DNA of 64,000 nt from Bacteroidia bacterium (GCA_038320345.1 JBBQED010000009.1:64190-128189), one strand, 5' to 3'. Shown: positions 31,575 to 43,600, counted from the first letter of the stretch. Made by a program: numbers and translations. Notes: a model not told the origin generated them from the sequence alone.

Positions 31575-33023
31575 TTAAACAGCCATTTCTTTTCTAAGAG
31601 TACTATTTGGAATGCCGAGAGCTTCTCTATATTTTACCACAGTTCTTCTAGCGAGTTGAATACCGATATCCTTCAGTAAATTTGCAATTTCACTATCTAA
31701 ATAAGGTTTTGACTTATCCTCTTCTGCAATAATTTTTTTGATCTCCTCCTTAATTCCTAAAGCTGTATTTTGAGTATTTTGCTCCAGATTAGGATTTATA
31801 TTTCGCATAAAAAGATTTCTTAAAGCATAAATTCCATGCGGAGTTTGAATATGCTTATTACTTGTAATGCGGGAAATTGTACTAATATCGAAACCTGTAT
31901 TCGCCGAAATATCCTGCAAGATCATAGGTTTCAAATCCTTGATATCACCGGTTTTGAAAAATTCTATTTGAACGGAAGCAATCTCAGAAATAACTTTCAT
32001 CATCGTAGACTCACGCTCTTTAAGAGCATCCACAATGTTTTGCGCGTCATTAATAAGTTCAGAATAATATTTTTCTACCTGATTCGTCTCAGTATCTCCA
32101 TTAACCTTTAAAATTCTGCGGTCAAAACTGGCATTTACCTTCAATTTAGTAGCATCCTTATGTGAAAATGATACATATATCTGCTCCTCATCAAAGCTGA
32201 GTTCAAATTCAGGAATAATCTGCTGCAACATGAGTTCATACTTATTCGTTTCCGTTACAGGCTTAGGATTCAAATGCCGTATGATATGTAAAGCCTGATT
32301 AAGTTCCTCCTCGTTCAAATGGGTTTTCTCCATGATTCGTCCAAATTTCCGTTGAACAAACAGTTCGTAACAATCTTCCAAAATTGTCAAACATTTCTTC
32401 AGCAGAGGATGAACATGATCGCCTTCGATTTTCCGCCGTAACTGCAAAACAAGACATTCCTTGAGATCCCTTGCTCCTATTCCAACAGGATCGCAGGTTT
32501 GTAAAACCTTTAATCCATCTTCAAAATCAGATTCATTGAATAATTTTCCAAATGTAAATCCATAATCAAATGAAACATCATTGAGACTCCTTCGCAGATA
32601 GCCATCATCATCAAGTTCGTCAATAAGATAACAAGTAATATCAGTTAGACCTTCTTTTAATCGCATATGATGAATCTGATCTTTAAGATTCTCATTTAAG
32701 GAGGAATAATGTATTACTGGGGCTTCATAAAATACTTCTTTACCAGATTGAGACTGGTTGTATGATTTTTCAAATAAATCATCATCATTGCTAAATAAGT
32801 CCGGATCAAAAACATTATCTTCAATAGATTGATCCTCCTCCAATTGATCTAGACTTTCAAACTCCAATTCAAGTGCAGGATTTTGTTCAATTTCGTTAGC
32901 AATATATTCTTGCAAAGCAAATCCAGAAAGGTGCAAAAGGTGCATTAATCTCAAATGGTGCTGAGATAAATAATACCCCTGCTTTTGAACTTGCTTATTA
33001 CTTTGCTGATGCTGTTGCTTCAT
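31575..33023 (-). CDS. rpoN: RNA polymerase sigma-54 factor
   Basis: C-terminal RpoN box ARRTVVKYREALGIP and a Gln-rich N-terminal region. The start is set at the ATG at 33023 (MKQQHQQ). Confidence 0.9.
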   Translation of the reverse strand: MKQQHQQSNKQVQKQGYYLSQHHLRLMHLLHLSGFALQEYIANEIEQNPALELEFESLDQLEEDQSIEDNVFDPDLFSNDDDLFEKSYNQSQSGKEVFYEAPVIHYSSLNENLKDQIHHMRLKEGLTDITCYLIDELDDDGYLRRSLNDVSFDYGFTFGKLFNESDFEDGLKVLQTCDPVGIGARDLKECLVLQLRRKIEGDHVHPLLKKCLTILEDCYELFVQRKFGRIMEKTHLNEEELNQALHIIRHLNPKPVTETNKYELMLQQIIPEFELSFDEEQIYVSFSHKDATKLKVNASFDRRILKVNGDTETNQVEKYYSELINDAQNIVDALKERESTMMKVISEIASVQIEFFKTGDIKDLKPMILQDISANTGFDISTISRITSNKHIQTPHGIYALRNLFMRNINPNLEQNTQNTALGIKEEIKKIIAEEDKSKPYLDSEIANLLKDIGIQLARRTVVKYREALGIPNSTLRKEMAV

Positions 33024-33179
33024 TACAAAAAATATTTCTATGATTACGAATGGCAATATCTTGACCAAAATTTAATTTGAGTAAATTGAGGAAAAATAAC
33101 AACGATTAATATATCCTTTATTCCAATAAAACTAAAAATCACCTCATCTTCAAACCAAATGAGGTTTGTTTTACCCATT

Positions 33180-33217
33180 CATAAAAAGAGGCGAAAAAGT
33201 AAAATCTTTTTCGCCTC
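33180..33217 (-). terminator. rho-independent terminator for the 33241..33657 gene
   Basis: 12-bp perfect stem GAGGCGAAAAAG/CTTTTTCGCCTC with a T-run on the minus strand. Confidence 0.5.
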
Positions 33218-33240
33218 CAATTACTAATTGTCAAACCAAA

Positions 33241-33657
33241 TTAAAGGTTGATGTCAGCAGTAGTTTTATCATAAATTTTAGAATGGTTCTTTGAGTTACC
33301 GAATTTCAAAAATTTATCGGCAATCCATCCTAAGACTTGCTTTTTATGATCAGCTACGTAATTATTTGCTGCATTCTTCGCTAAAAAAGGAACGATAATA
33401 CGAACTAAAAAACCTGACTTTCTTAATAAGCCATTTTTAACTACAGTGTCCAAAGCAAAATTAATTAATTGAGGAACAAGACCAAAGTTACGATTAACAA
33501 GAACCTTATCAACGTTATCGGCAACCATTTTTACTGGGGATAAAGACGCTTTAATTTCTTGGAAGTCTTCTTTAATTACTTCTTCGAGTAAAATTTTCTT
33601 CTTTATCAACCTTGATCTTTCTTCTTTCAGATCGCTTAGCGTTTCAATCTTCTTCAT
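33241..33657 (-). CDS. hypothetical protein, last gene of a YtxH-associated triad
   Basis: The start is set at the ATG at 33657 (MKKIETL), giving a 14-bp overlap with the upstream gene. Confidence 0.4.
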   Translation of the reverse strand: MKKIETLSDLKEERSRLIKKKILLEEVIKEDFQEIKASLSPVKMVADNVDKVLVNRNFGLVPQLINFALDTVVKNGLLRKSGFLVRIIVPFLAKNAANNYVADHKKQVLGWIADKFLKFGNSKNHSKIYDKTTADINL

Positions 33658-33994
33658 GGATGGTAATTTTTTTAAGTAGCGCATTAATTACAGGCCCTTT
33701 TATCCAGTTATCACGATTCAGATAAACAATAGCGACCACGATTAGATAAATTCCTGCAACTGCAAAGAAACCAATCAGGTAATTTTCATAATGCTGTCCG
33801 ATCCACCAAGCAAATCCAAGGCTCGCAAAAACAATTACCATAAATGTTAATAATGCTATAATGAATCCTGAAACAAATGAAGAGAGTACCTCAGAAACTT
33901 TATCTTGCAGATTTAAGATAATGATATCGATTCTTGTTTCTGTATATTGTTTCAGCGTACTAATAAATTTTTCAACTTTTGTTTCTTCTTCCAC
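33644..33994 (-). CDS. phage-holin-family-like small membrane protein (2 TM)
   Basis: Amphipathic N-terminus followed by two TM helices (FVSGFIIALLTFMVIVFASLGFAWWIG, LIGFFAVAGIYLIVVAIVYL). Confidence 0.45.
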   Translation of the reverse strand: MEEETKVEKFISTLKQYTETRIDIIILNLQDKVSEVLSSFVSGFIIALLTFMVIVFASLGFAWWIGQHYENYLIGFFAVAGIYLIVVAIVYLNRDNWIKGPVINALLKKITIHEED

Positions 33995-34034
33995 TGGAGT
34001 TGTGTATTAAATAATGAAATAGAAATTATACTAT

Positions 34035-34346
34035 TTAAGAATTTTGACGAGCTTTATTCGCCATTCCTCTAACTTCGTCTTCAGCATCATTTTTAAATTG
34101 CTCCGCTTTCGACATAGTTTTATTTTTCAGATCATTAGCAGTATCCATGGCTTTACCTTTCCATGAGCTGAGTGTATCTTTTCCTTCTTCAATTTTATCA
34201 GAAAGTTGGTCGTAAAGATCTTCTCCCTTTTCCCAAATTGATTTTCTAGTATTACTACCTTTATCAGGTGCCATTAATAATCCTAATACTGCCCCAGCAG
34301 CTGCTCCAATAAGCAATGCACTGAGAATTTTTCCGTTGTCTGACAT
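34035..34346 (-). CDS. YtxH domain-containing protein
   Basis: GAAAGAVLGLLMAPDKGSNTRK N-terminal signature. Confidence 0.7.
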   Translation of the reverse strand: MSDNGKILSALLIGAAAGAVLGLLMAPDKGSNTRKSIWEKGEDLYDQLSDKIEEGKDTLSSWKGKAMDTANDLKNKTMSKAEQFKNDAEDEVRGMANKARQNS

Positions 34347-34523
34347 AATAATTTTTTTTATGGTTAATATAATTTAAACTCATTGAATAACCGTGCCGAA
34401 ATTTAAAAGCAGTATATTACATCACATTCTCAAACCTACTGTGAAGGATCAGCTACACTATGGGGAATTTATTACCACTTGTAACCTTGAATACGAGATC
34501 TGAGCTAAATAAAAAAAAAGGCA

Positions 34524-35399
34524 TTGGATTTGAAATACCGATTTAACATCATGAAAAAAATAGACCTCAAAATTCCTTTATCCTCCGCCGCATCCTATGC
34601 CAAAAATCAGTCTCTCAAAATCAGTCAAAAAACGTTAGATAAAAAGGAGAAAGCAAGTGGATTTTTACTTGAAGTCGGGAAATTCTCAGTATTCTCAAGT
34701 GCTGCATTTAAGGAAACCTTCTCCTATGATTTTGAATTTAAGGAATTCTTAAGACAATGCTTCGAAATTGGTAATAAGTCTATGCCCATTGTATCCATTA
34801 CTGGGTTAATAATGGGGTTAGTACTCACTATACAATCACGACCCATCTTGGTAGATTTTGGTGCAGTTGGGCTCTTACCTGGGATGGTAGCTACATCAGT
34901 AATTCGAGAAATTGGACCAGTAATCACCGCCTTAATTTGTGCTGGCAAGATCGGATCTGGGATGGGTGCAGAATTAGGGAGTATGAAGGTCACTGAGCAA
35001 ATTGATGCGATGGAAGTATCCGCTACAAACCCCATGAGATTCCTTGTTGTAACTAGAATTTTGGCCGTAACCCTTATGATCCCTATCCTTGTTTTTTTTG
35101 CAGATGCTATGGGATTAATCGGAAGCTGGATTGGAGTAAACCTAAAGGGAGATGTACAGTTTAATTTATTTTTTAGGCAGGCTATGAGTAGTATAGAATT
35201 TATTGATATTATCCCAGCGACTATTAAAACATTCTTTTTTGGAGCTGTTATAGGTATAGTAGGTTGTTACAAAGGATATACTGCCGGAAGAGGCACTGAA
35301 AGTGTTGGCTTAGCGGCTAACTCTGCTGTAGTGCTTTCTTCTTTGCTTGTGATTATTGTAGATATGATAGCAGTTCAGATAACAGATATGTTGGCATGA
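34524..35399 (+). CDS. mlaE: MlaE-family ABC transporter permease
   Basis: MlaE-like TM layout. It overlaps the ATPase gene by 4 bp. Confidence 0.75.
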   Translation: MDLKYRFNIMKKIDLKIPLSSAASYAKNQSLKISQKTLDKKEKASGFLLEVGKFSVFSSAAFKETFSYDFEFKEFLRQCFEIGNKSMPIVSITGLIMGLVLTIQSRPILVDFGAVGLLPGMVATSVIREIGPVITALICAGKIGSGMGAELGSMKVTEQIDAMEVSATNPMRFLVVTRILAVTLMIPILVFFADAMGLIGSWIGVNLKGDVQFNLFFRQAMSSIEFIDIIPATIKTFFFGAVIGIVGCYKGYTAGRGTESVGLAANSAVVLSSLLVIIVDMIAVQITDMLA

Positions 35400-36127
35400 T
35401 GGTAACACAACAAGAGAAGAAAGAAAGTAAGCTAGAAATGACTGCAGGAAAACCAATTATTGAAATTAGGAATCTAGCAAAGAGTTTTGGTGATCAAGTG
35501 GTGTTGAAAAATGTAAACTTAAGCCTATTTAAAGAAGAAAATTTAGTAGTGCTAGGTAAATCAGGAACCGGCAAATCAGTATTAATCAAATGTATTGTTG
35601 GATTAATGTATCCAGATGAAGGGGAAATAATTGTCTTCGGAAAAAATATCATTGCAATCAAGAAAAAAGAATTGAATGAAATTCGTAAAAAAATCGGATT
35701 TCTCTTTCAATCCGCAGCCCTCTATGATTCGATGACTGTACGTCAAAACTTGGAATTTCCATTGAAACGGATAAAAAAAGAATTGAATGCAAAACAAATC
35801 ACAGAAAAAATAGAAGAAGCCTTGGAAAATGTAGGTCTTTCAGATGCGATGCACAAAATACCTTCACAATTGTCTGGAGGGATGAAGAAAAGAATAGGTT
35901 TAGCAAGAACAATTATAATTGATCCGGAAATAATTCTTTACGATGAACCAACAACAGGATTAGATCCTGTCACTTCTGATGAAATAAGTAATCTAATCAA
36001 TTCCATCCAGAAAAAATATCATTCCGCATCAATCATTATCACTCACGATATGGCTTGTGCCGAAACAATTGCAGACCGAATTGTCACCTTAAAAGATGGT
36101 GAAGTTTATGAAGGAAATATCTTTTAA
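35396..36127 (+). CDS. mlaF: ABC transporter ATP-binding protein (MlaF-like)
   Basis: Walker A GKSGTGKS, signature motif LSGGMKKR and Walker B ILYDEPT. Confidence 0.8.
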   Translation: MMVTQQEKKESKLEMTAGKPIIEIRNLAKSFGDQVVLKNVNLSLFKEENLVVLGKSGTGKSVLIKCIVGLMYPDEGEIIVFGKNIIAIKKKELNEIRKKIGFLFQSAALYDSMTVRQNLEFPLKRIKKELNAKQITEKIEEALENVGLSDAMHKIPSQLSGGMKKRIGLARTIIIDPEIILYDEPTTGLDPVTSDEISNLINSIQKKYHSASIIITHDMACAETIADRIVTLKDGEVYEGNIF

Positions 36128-36179
36128 TATCACTCAACAAAAATAATCGATTAAAATAACAAGTTAAGCAAAATAAATT

Positions 36180-36932
36180 ATGACCTCAAATGAAAAATTT
36201 AATGTGCGTTTAGGGCTTTTTGTAACCACAGGAATTACCATATTTGTTATGGCTATATTCTTTATTGGTAAACAAAAGAATTTGTTTAATCCTGTTTTTC
36301 GTGTTAGTGTTCTCTATAAAAATGTTAATGGCTTACAAACCGGGAATAATGTTCGATTTTCAGGTATTAATGTAGGAACCGTAGATGACATTGTAATTAT
36401 TAATGATTCTATGGTTAAAGTTGATATCATTATTCAAAAAGAAGTTCAGAAATTCATCAAAAAAGACTCTAAAGTAGTGATCGGTTCTGATGGAATTATT
36501 GGAGATCGAATTTTAAATATTACACAAGGTTCAGTAGGCACTACTCCAGTAAAGGAAAATGATATTCTATCTTCAGAAGAACCGATCGAAACTGAATCTA
36601 TTATGAAAAGTCTTAAAGCCACCGGTGAAAATGCTGAAGTAGCAACTGGTGAATTAGCTGAAATATTGTTTAAGATCAATAAAGGAAATGGGACATTGGG
36701 TAGATTAATTCAAGATAGTACAATAGCAGAAAATATTGACCAAACCATTGCTAATCTAAAATCAGGAACGCAGGGATTAAGTGAAAATATGGAAGCAGCC
36801 AAGCACAATATCTTGCTAAAAGGATACTTTAAGAAGAAAGATAAAAAAGCCGCCGAAAAGTTGAAAGAAGAAGCAGATAAGAAAGAGCAAGAACAAAAAG
36901 ATAAAGAAAAGAAAAAAGAAGATAAGAACTAA
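36180..36932 (+). CDS. mlaD: MlaD/MCE-family substrate-binding protein with a K/E-rich C-terminal tail
   Basis: N-terminal TM segment followed by an MCE domain (VRFSGINVGTVDDI). Confidence 0.75.
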   Translation: MTSNEKFNVRLGLFVTTGITIFVMAIFFIGKQKNLFNPVFRVSVLYKNVNGLQTGNNVRFSGINVGTVDDIVIINDSMVKVDIIIQKEVQKFIKKDSKVVIGSDGIIGDRILNITQGSVGTTPVKENDILSSEEPIETESIMKSLKATGENAEVATGELAEILFKINKGNGTLGRLIQDSTIAENIDQTIANLKSGTQGLSENMEAAKHNILLKGYFKKKDKKAAEKLKEEADKKEQEQKDKEKKKEDKN

Positions 36933-37131
36933 AATTAAACATTGATGGCACTCTGGGCATGATTTTATACATGCTTCAAAGGAGATATACATTAGTAAAT
37001 GTTGAAATGTATTGAAACAATTATTACCAGCTAACGTATAATTCAAGAAGCAAACCAAGCGTCTACCCAATAGTATAGAATTAGATAAAAGTCAAATCAC
37101 CAGCTTACTTCAAATTCTCCAACATTACACA

Positions 37132-37491
37132 ATGAAATCCAAATCCATATTAATAATTGATGATGAATTAGACATTTGTATGCTCTTGAAGAATTATTTC
37201 AAAAATAAAAACAATAATGTCTTTTTTGCAGTAACGCTTGATGAAGGGATAAAAAAATTCAATCAATACAAACCTGATCTGTTAATTATTGATCATAATC
37301 TTCCTGATGGAAATGGGATTGATAATATTCATAGTTTTAAAGATTCAAACCTATCCCTCTATGTAATTGTAATCAGTGCTATGTCGAATCTTAAGTCCCT
37401 TGCTTTAGAAAATGGGGCCGATTACTTTATGGAAAAACCTATTAGTTTCAGTAAACTAAATGCCTTACTTACTCAAAATACTCCTCATTGA
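37132..37491 (+). CDS. single-domain response regulator (receiver only)
   Basis: ILIIDDELD...DLLIIDHNLPDGNG. It has no output domain. Confidence 0.7.
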   Translation: MKSKSILIIDDELDICMLLKNYFKNKNNNVFFAVTLDEGIKKFNQYKPDLLIIDHNLPDGNGIDNIHSFKDSNLSLYVIVISAMSNLKSLALENGADYFMEKPISFSKLNALLTQNTPH

Positions 37492-37680
37492 AAATCTTTC
37501 TTTTAGCAGGACTTTTCAGTTATAAATATTCAACTTTTCATAATAAACCCAATTGAAATTTTTTGTTTCGTGCAAACACTGTATTCAATATAGGATTTCC
37601 CTAATTAAAAGTAGATTTAGATAGCGCACTATAAGTTGTAGGTCGCGGTTTTAAAAGAATTACTTTTGCAAAAATCCAAT

Positions 37681-39333
37681 CTAATCTTGCTCTTCCTTTT
37701 GGCGAGACTTAACACCAAGAGCAGGCTTAATGCCACTCATTAAAGCTTTAAAAGTATAATTAAACATAAACCGTGAAGGGTTTCTTTCATAATTTATAGA
37801 TGTAATTCTAAGATCCTCACCAGTTGTAGGATTACTTTTTTTAACAATAAAATTCCTAGCCACCCAACTCAGTGCATCTTCTTTAAATCCTGATTTGCCG
37901 GTCTTTTTATTCTTTATGGAAAAATCAAGATCATGATAAGCAAATATCATTTTTCCTGTGGCTCTAATCTGATCGGCTTTGAATGAAAAACTCATTGAAT
38001 CTAACTCACCGCCTCTAATTGAAACACCAGCATTTTCTTCTGTCATATCATTGAGTTCCTTTAAATGCATACTAGATAAATGGCCAGAACAGTCGAATAC
38101 CATTTGATTTGTATTTAAGGGTATTGATAAATAAACTTTGATTTTAGCCACATCCATTAATTTTGCAGTAACATTTACAATTATTTTAGATGAGGCCGTA
38201 TAATTCAAACTATCATTACTAATCCCTGTTATGCTTCCATTCATCTTTTTAAAAAATATTCGACCTGCCTTCCTTGCTCCTGGTGCTACTTCTTCATAAA
38301 CAACTTGACCATCTTCAACAAATAATGAATCTATATTCGTAGAAACCGGAATTGATTTAATCAGATTCTGTAATGATTCCGGATGCCAAGGTTTTCTTTT
38401 ATCATTCTTATCTCGAAAAGCTTCAACTAAAGGCTTTTTTAGTTTTGTCGATTTAGCAATAAAATTTCCAGTTTCAAAAAAAGCTTTTATGTCCATCTGA
38501 TCGAATTGCAGTTCTTCAACTGATACTTTTATCCTATCAATCTGCTTACCGGCCATATTACCAAAGTTCATTTTTGAATAATTTGGCGTCATCTTGAGCG
38601 CATCAAAAGACAAAGTAGAATCCAGATAAGATGCGTTTAAACTTCTTATCTTAAAAGTATAAAGACTATCTTTGGTACTATAATCAACATTATTAATTGA
38701 AATTGCTAATTCTTTCGCATTAAACCATCGTTTACCTTCTTCAGCCTCTTTGTCTATCTTTAGTTTAATAATTCTAAGTTCATTTTCATCACTCCCTAAA
38801 ACTGGCAAAAGATCAGAAATATTATCGAAAACCTTGATGGAAGCATTATGAATAACTATCGATGAGATTTCTACTGACCTAACAGCCGGGAGCAAAAGTC
38901 TATATATCGAAAAGCGATCATTGTCAAGAGAATCTTTAACTACTTTTTGAGAACCACGATAAATGGAAGCAGAAGGGTTAGTGAATTCTATTTTAGATGA
39001 AAAAATATTCCTATGCAATAAGTATTGCCAAATGGCTATATCGGAAATCTTAATAACATCTGCAGATGCATAGTAAGATGCGTGTCTTGAATTACTATCA
39101 ACAGGGTTAATCGTTATACCTTTGAAAAGTACCGATTGACGAAAAATATTCACCTGCAATTTAGAGATTTCTAAATGGTATAAAGATTTAGATCCACTCT
39201 TCACTTCTTTAACTAAGTAATCTTTGATTTTATCATCCAAAACAAGTGTAAAACTCAACTGAGCAATTGCAACTAAAATTATGATCGATAAAAATAGGAT
39301 TACAATTCTCTTGAACGTCTTTATATTTGGCAT
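37681..39333 (-). CDS. N-terminally anchored hypothetical envelope protein (possibly AsmA-like)
   Basis: A single N-terminal TM segment and a long beta-rich periplasmic region. It is flanked by the Mla and TamB/TamA genes. Confidence 0.35.
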   Translation of the reverse strand: MPNIKTFKRIVILFLSIIILVAIAQLSFTLVLDDKIKDYLVKEVKSGSKSLYHLEISKLQVNIFRQSVLFKGITINPVDSNSRHASYYASADVIKISDIAIWQYLLHRNIFSSKIEFTNPSASIYRGSQKVVKDSLDNDRFSIYRLLLPAVRSVEISSIVIHNASIKVFDNISDLLPVLGSDENELRIIKLKIDKEAEEGKRWFNAKELAISINNVDYSTKDSLYTFKIRSLNASYLDSTLSFDALKMTPNYSKMNFGNMAGKQIDRIKVSVEELQFDQMDIKAFFETGNFIAKSTKLKKPLVEAFRDKNDKRKPWHPESLQNLIKSIPVSTNIDSLFVEDGQVVYEEVAPGARKAGRIFFKKMNGSITGISNDSLNYTASSKIIVNVTAKLMDVAKIKVYLSIPLNTNQMVFDCSGHLSSMHLKELNDMTEENAGVSIRGGELDSMSFSFKADQIRATGKMIFAYHDLDFSIKNKKTGKSGFKEDALSWVARNFIVKKSNPTTGEDLRITSINYERNPSRFMFNYTFKALMSGIKPALGVKSRQKEEQD

Positions 39334-39372
39334 AACTATAGTTATAACTTAAATAGTGCCAGAATTAATTAT

Positions 39373-40308
39373 ATGAGCAAAACCAAAAACTTCCTGAATA
39401 AAAGTTGGTATTTACTTCGAACAACCGGCGGAGCAGTAGTAGAAGATAATGTACCTAAACTAGCTGCCTCACTCTCATATTATACAATTTTTTCACTACC
39501 TCCTCTTCTAATCATCATCATTTATCTTTCTGGTATATTTTTCGGTCCTGAAGCGGTGCGTGGGGAATTATTTGGACAAATCAATGGATTAGTAGGCAAT
39601 AGTGCAGCTTCTCAGATTCAAGAAATGATTAAAAATGTAAAACTCTCAGATAGTAATGGTATCGCTGCAGTTTTAGGAGTAATCACTCTACTTGTGGGCG
39701 CATCAGGAGTATTTACAGAAATACAAGATTCCATCAATTATATCTGGGGACTAAAAGCTAAGCCTAAAAGAGGATTAATTAAATTCCTTAAAAACAGAAT
39801 TACTTCTTTTTCGATGGTGGCATCAATTGGATTCCTATTGCTAGTTGGATTGATCGTAAATTCGATTATGGACATCATGAATAAGAAATTACAGACTATC
39901 TTCCCTGAGTTTACCATTACTTTATTCTATGCCCTCAATCTGATAATAGTCTTTGTGATAATTACTCTACTATTTACAGTCATTTTCAAAGCACTTCCAG
40001 ATGGGAAAGTTGCATTGAAAGATGGAATTAAAGGTGCTGGATTTACATCAACACTTTTTATGATCGGTAAATTTATTATTGGCTATTATTTGGGTAAATC
40101 TGCAACTGCATCTACCTATGGCGTCGCAGGTTCATTGATTATCATACTACTTTGGGTGTATTATTCGGCGATCATTCTTTACTCAGGTGCAGAATTTACT
40201 AAGATTTATGCTAAAACATATGGAAAAGGAATAATTCCAAATGATTATGCCGTAAAAATCTTAAAGGATATTGAAAAAGAACCTACCTTAGTCAACCATG
40301 ATAAATAA
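39373..40308 (+). CDS. YihY/BrkB family membrane protein
   Basis: LAASLSYYTIFSLPPLL motif and about 6 TM segments. Confidence 0.75.
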   Translation: MSKTKNFLNKSWYLLRTTGGAVVEDNVPKLAASLSYYTIFSLPPLLIIIIYLSGIFFGPEAVRGELFGQINGLVGNSAASQIQEMIKNVKLSDSNGIAAVLGVITLLVGASGVFTEIQDSINYIWGLKAKPKRGLIKFLKNRITSFSMVASIGFLLLVGLIVNSIMDIMNKKLQTIFPEFTITLFYALNLIIVFVIITLLFTVIFKALPDGKVALKDGIKGAGFTSTLFMIGKFIIGYYLGKSATASTYGVAGSLIIILLWVYYSAIILYSGAEFTKIYAKTYGKGIIPNDYAVKILKDIEKEPTLVNHDK

Positions 40309-40404
40309 AAATACGGGCAATTTAATCCCCACAAACGACAATTAAGGGTCGATTTTTATTTGGCAAGATATTCTCATAGCAACTAAAAACTAATCTCTAA
40401 AATT

Positions 40405-40563
40405 ATGGGAAACTTACTTTATCTTATCGCTGTCATCCTTGTTATAGGCTGGTTAATTGGCTTCTTTGGAATGCATGTACAAGGAGGATTAATTCACATT
40501 TTATTGGTAATTGCAGTCATAGCAGTGTTATTTAGGATAATACGCGGTGAAAAACCTTTATAA
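40405..40563 (+). CDS. lmo0937-family small membrane protein, 52 aa
   Basis: Translated by hand: MGNLLYLIAVILVIGWLIGFFGMHVQGGLIHILLVIAVIAVLFRIIRGEKPL. It is below the 60-aa cutoff of the ORF track. Confidence 0.55.
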   Translation: MGNLLYLIAVILVIGWLIGFFGMHVQGGLIHILLVIAVIAVLFRIIRGEKPL

Positions 40564-40606
40564 TGTAAATTTTATTACATTAAAGCAGGAATTCTTCCAT
40601 TAAAAA

Positions 40607-43600
40607 ATGCGGATAGTTAGAATAATTTTAAAATATATATTCCGCATATTAGTTGGAGTTTTCCTGCTTTTTGTTTTTCTCATTATCATCATTCAAATTA
40701 ATTTTGTACAAAACTTTCTCGCAGATAAGGCTATTGTATTTCTAAGTAAGAAAACAAATAGTGTAATTCGATTAAATAAAATTGGCGTAAAATTTCCAAA
40801 TAAAATTTTTCTATCAGAAATTTATTTAGAAGATCAACATCATGATACTTTACTCTATGCAGGTGAATTAAAATTAAGTCCTGACTTTTTTGAAATAATT
40901 AAAGGAAATATTAGTATAAATTCTATCATTCTGGATGATGCAGTAGTCAATCTTTCACGATTACAGTCCGATTCGACCTATAATTACAATTTTTTAGTAG
41001 AATCTTTCAGCAAACCTGATAAATCTCCCAAAGTTCAGCCTGATTCAAGCAAAGGATTGAACCTCAATCTTGATAAAATACAGTTGCACCAGGTAAGATT
41101 TTCTTTAGAAGATAAATATGCTGGTATCTCATGTGGACTTTCAGTAAAAGAGTTAAATTTAAGAATCAATGAACTAGATCTCAAAAAATTTAAATTTGAC
41201 ATTCGCAGTATAGATCTGAACACATTCGTAGGGAACTTAGTGATTTCAAAATCTCCTAAAGAAAGTAATAGTGTTTCTAAGCAACCCCAAATCAAAGTCC
41301 ATACTTTAACTGTTAGTAATTCCGCTTTCGCCTACAAAAACACTCCCGACCAATCCGATCTGCTGGCCTCTATCAATAAATTTAATTTGCAAGATGCACT
41401 CTATTCGCCTGAGAATTATGAAATCAGCATCAAAAGTCTTGCATTATCTAATAGTGTTTACAGATCAAACAGTATAGCAGATACAAGTCTGAAAACCTTA
41501 CCTGTAAACAAGAAATCCAATTCCGAAAATCCTTGGAAGATAAAGGCAGATAAAATAGATTTAAGTAAAAATGAGATTTCCATCAATAAAACTAATTTAC
41601 CGAATAGGAATTCAACTTTTGATAATAATCATTTAAATTATAAGGGGGTTTCCTTATTACTTCATAACCTACAATTCTCATCATCACTAACAGCATTTAA
41701 ACTTGACAAATTATCATTGGAAAGTGAAGGAAACTTCGTAGTCAAGAAAATAGCTAGTACTTTTAAAATGACGAGAACATCAATCCAACTTGATGAAACA
41801 CAAATAGAAACTTCTCACTCCAAAATAGATCTATCTGCACTCCTCAAATTTACATCGCTAACAACACTTTCAGATTCAATTCAAAATCTGCAAGTCAATG
41901 CGGAATTTAATCCCACACTGATTAATACTAGCGATATCTTATATTTTAGTCCACAATTAGCTAAACAAAATTATTTTAGGGGCTCCGGAAAAGAAATTAG
42001 TTTATCAGGCCGTTTTACAGGTAAGGTAGGTGATTTAAAGGGTGAAAAAATATCAATAAAAACGGCTCAACAAACCGAACTTTTTTCTGATTTTATCATT
42101 TCAGGACTCCCTGATATAAAGCATGCCAATTTCATACTACCAAATTTATTTATCAAATCCGGAAGAAATGATCTTATTAGTATTTTAGGTAATAACATAT
42201 TGCCCCCATCGCTCAATTTACCATTGCACTTTTCGATTAAAGCAGATTTCAGAGGAAGATTAAAAGATTTTACTGGAAACATCAATATGGTTTCTGATCA
42301 AGGAAATCTTAAGGCATTTGCATTCTTGGACGAGCAAGAAAACTTCCATTGTAAAATAAGCAGTGAGGAATTCAACCTTGGAAAACTACTTAAAAACGAA
42401 AAAATGCTCGGTCCTGCAACCTTGAAAGCTGACATTGAAGGAAAAGGGTTAGATGTAAATAAGATTGAAGCCAGAGTGATCATAAATGCAGAATCCATAG
42501 AACTTAATCAATACAATTATCATCTTTTAAGTATTGATGGAAAAGTACTAGGCCGACAATTTGATGGGAAGATAAATTTAAATGATACTAATGCTGTTTT
42601 CGATTTCCAAGGACTTGTAAATCTCGATAAAGGCAATGAAATATACAATTTTACCCTTGACTTAAAAGGTGCAGATCTGAAAAAACTTCACTTTAGTGAT
42701 GAAGATCTGCGAATTAGTTTAACGGCAATTTCGGATTTAAAAGGAAATACGATTGATAATATTAATGGAACAGCCGGCATAACGAAAATAATTATTGCGC
42801 ACAATGGTAAAAAGTATGTATTAGATTCGATTTTGGTAGCTTCCATAAATAAAGAAGGGAAGAGTGAAATGAATTTGAAAAGTGCAATAGTGGGTATCAA
42901 ATACAATGGCACATTCTCACCCGGAAGTATTTCAAAAGAAATAAAAAAACATATTAACCGATACTTCCCTTTAGGTACTGATACACAAACGGTGATTAGT
43001 AAACCACAAAAATTCAATTTTGAAATAGAACTACATAACAATGCATTGATCTCCGAAGTATTCTTGCCAAAGCTTAATGAATTTGAAACAGTGCTCATTG
43101 CCGGTGATTTTGATAGCGAACAAAACAAATTATCACTCAATGTTTCCATTCCTCATGTTAAATATGATGGCATTGAAGTGAAAGATCTTAAGTTAGACAT
43201 CAATTCTGATGAAAAAGATTTGAATTATAAATTATTCATACCTGAGCTTTTGAATCCTTCCATGCAAATAAAAAATTTGGATCTTAATGGTAAATTAACA
43301 GACCAAAAAGCTAGCATTAATATATCTAGTATTGAAGAAGATCAAAAAACGCTCGAGATCCATTCTGAAGTATTACCAGAATCGGATTACTACAAATTTC
43401 ATATTCTGCCTACCGACTTTTTTCTAGGAAACAAAAGTTGGACGCTTCCTGAAGACAATTTTATTGCTTTTGGGAAACCAGGGATCTGGATCCACAATAT
43501 TAGTTTAAAGCAATCCGGTGACGAGCTATCTATAAATTCCATACATGACAAATTTAAAGATGATTTTAAAATAGTATTTTCTAATTTTTCCATTGAAAAT

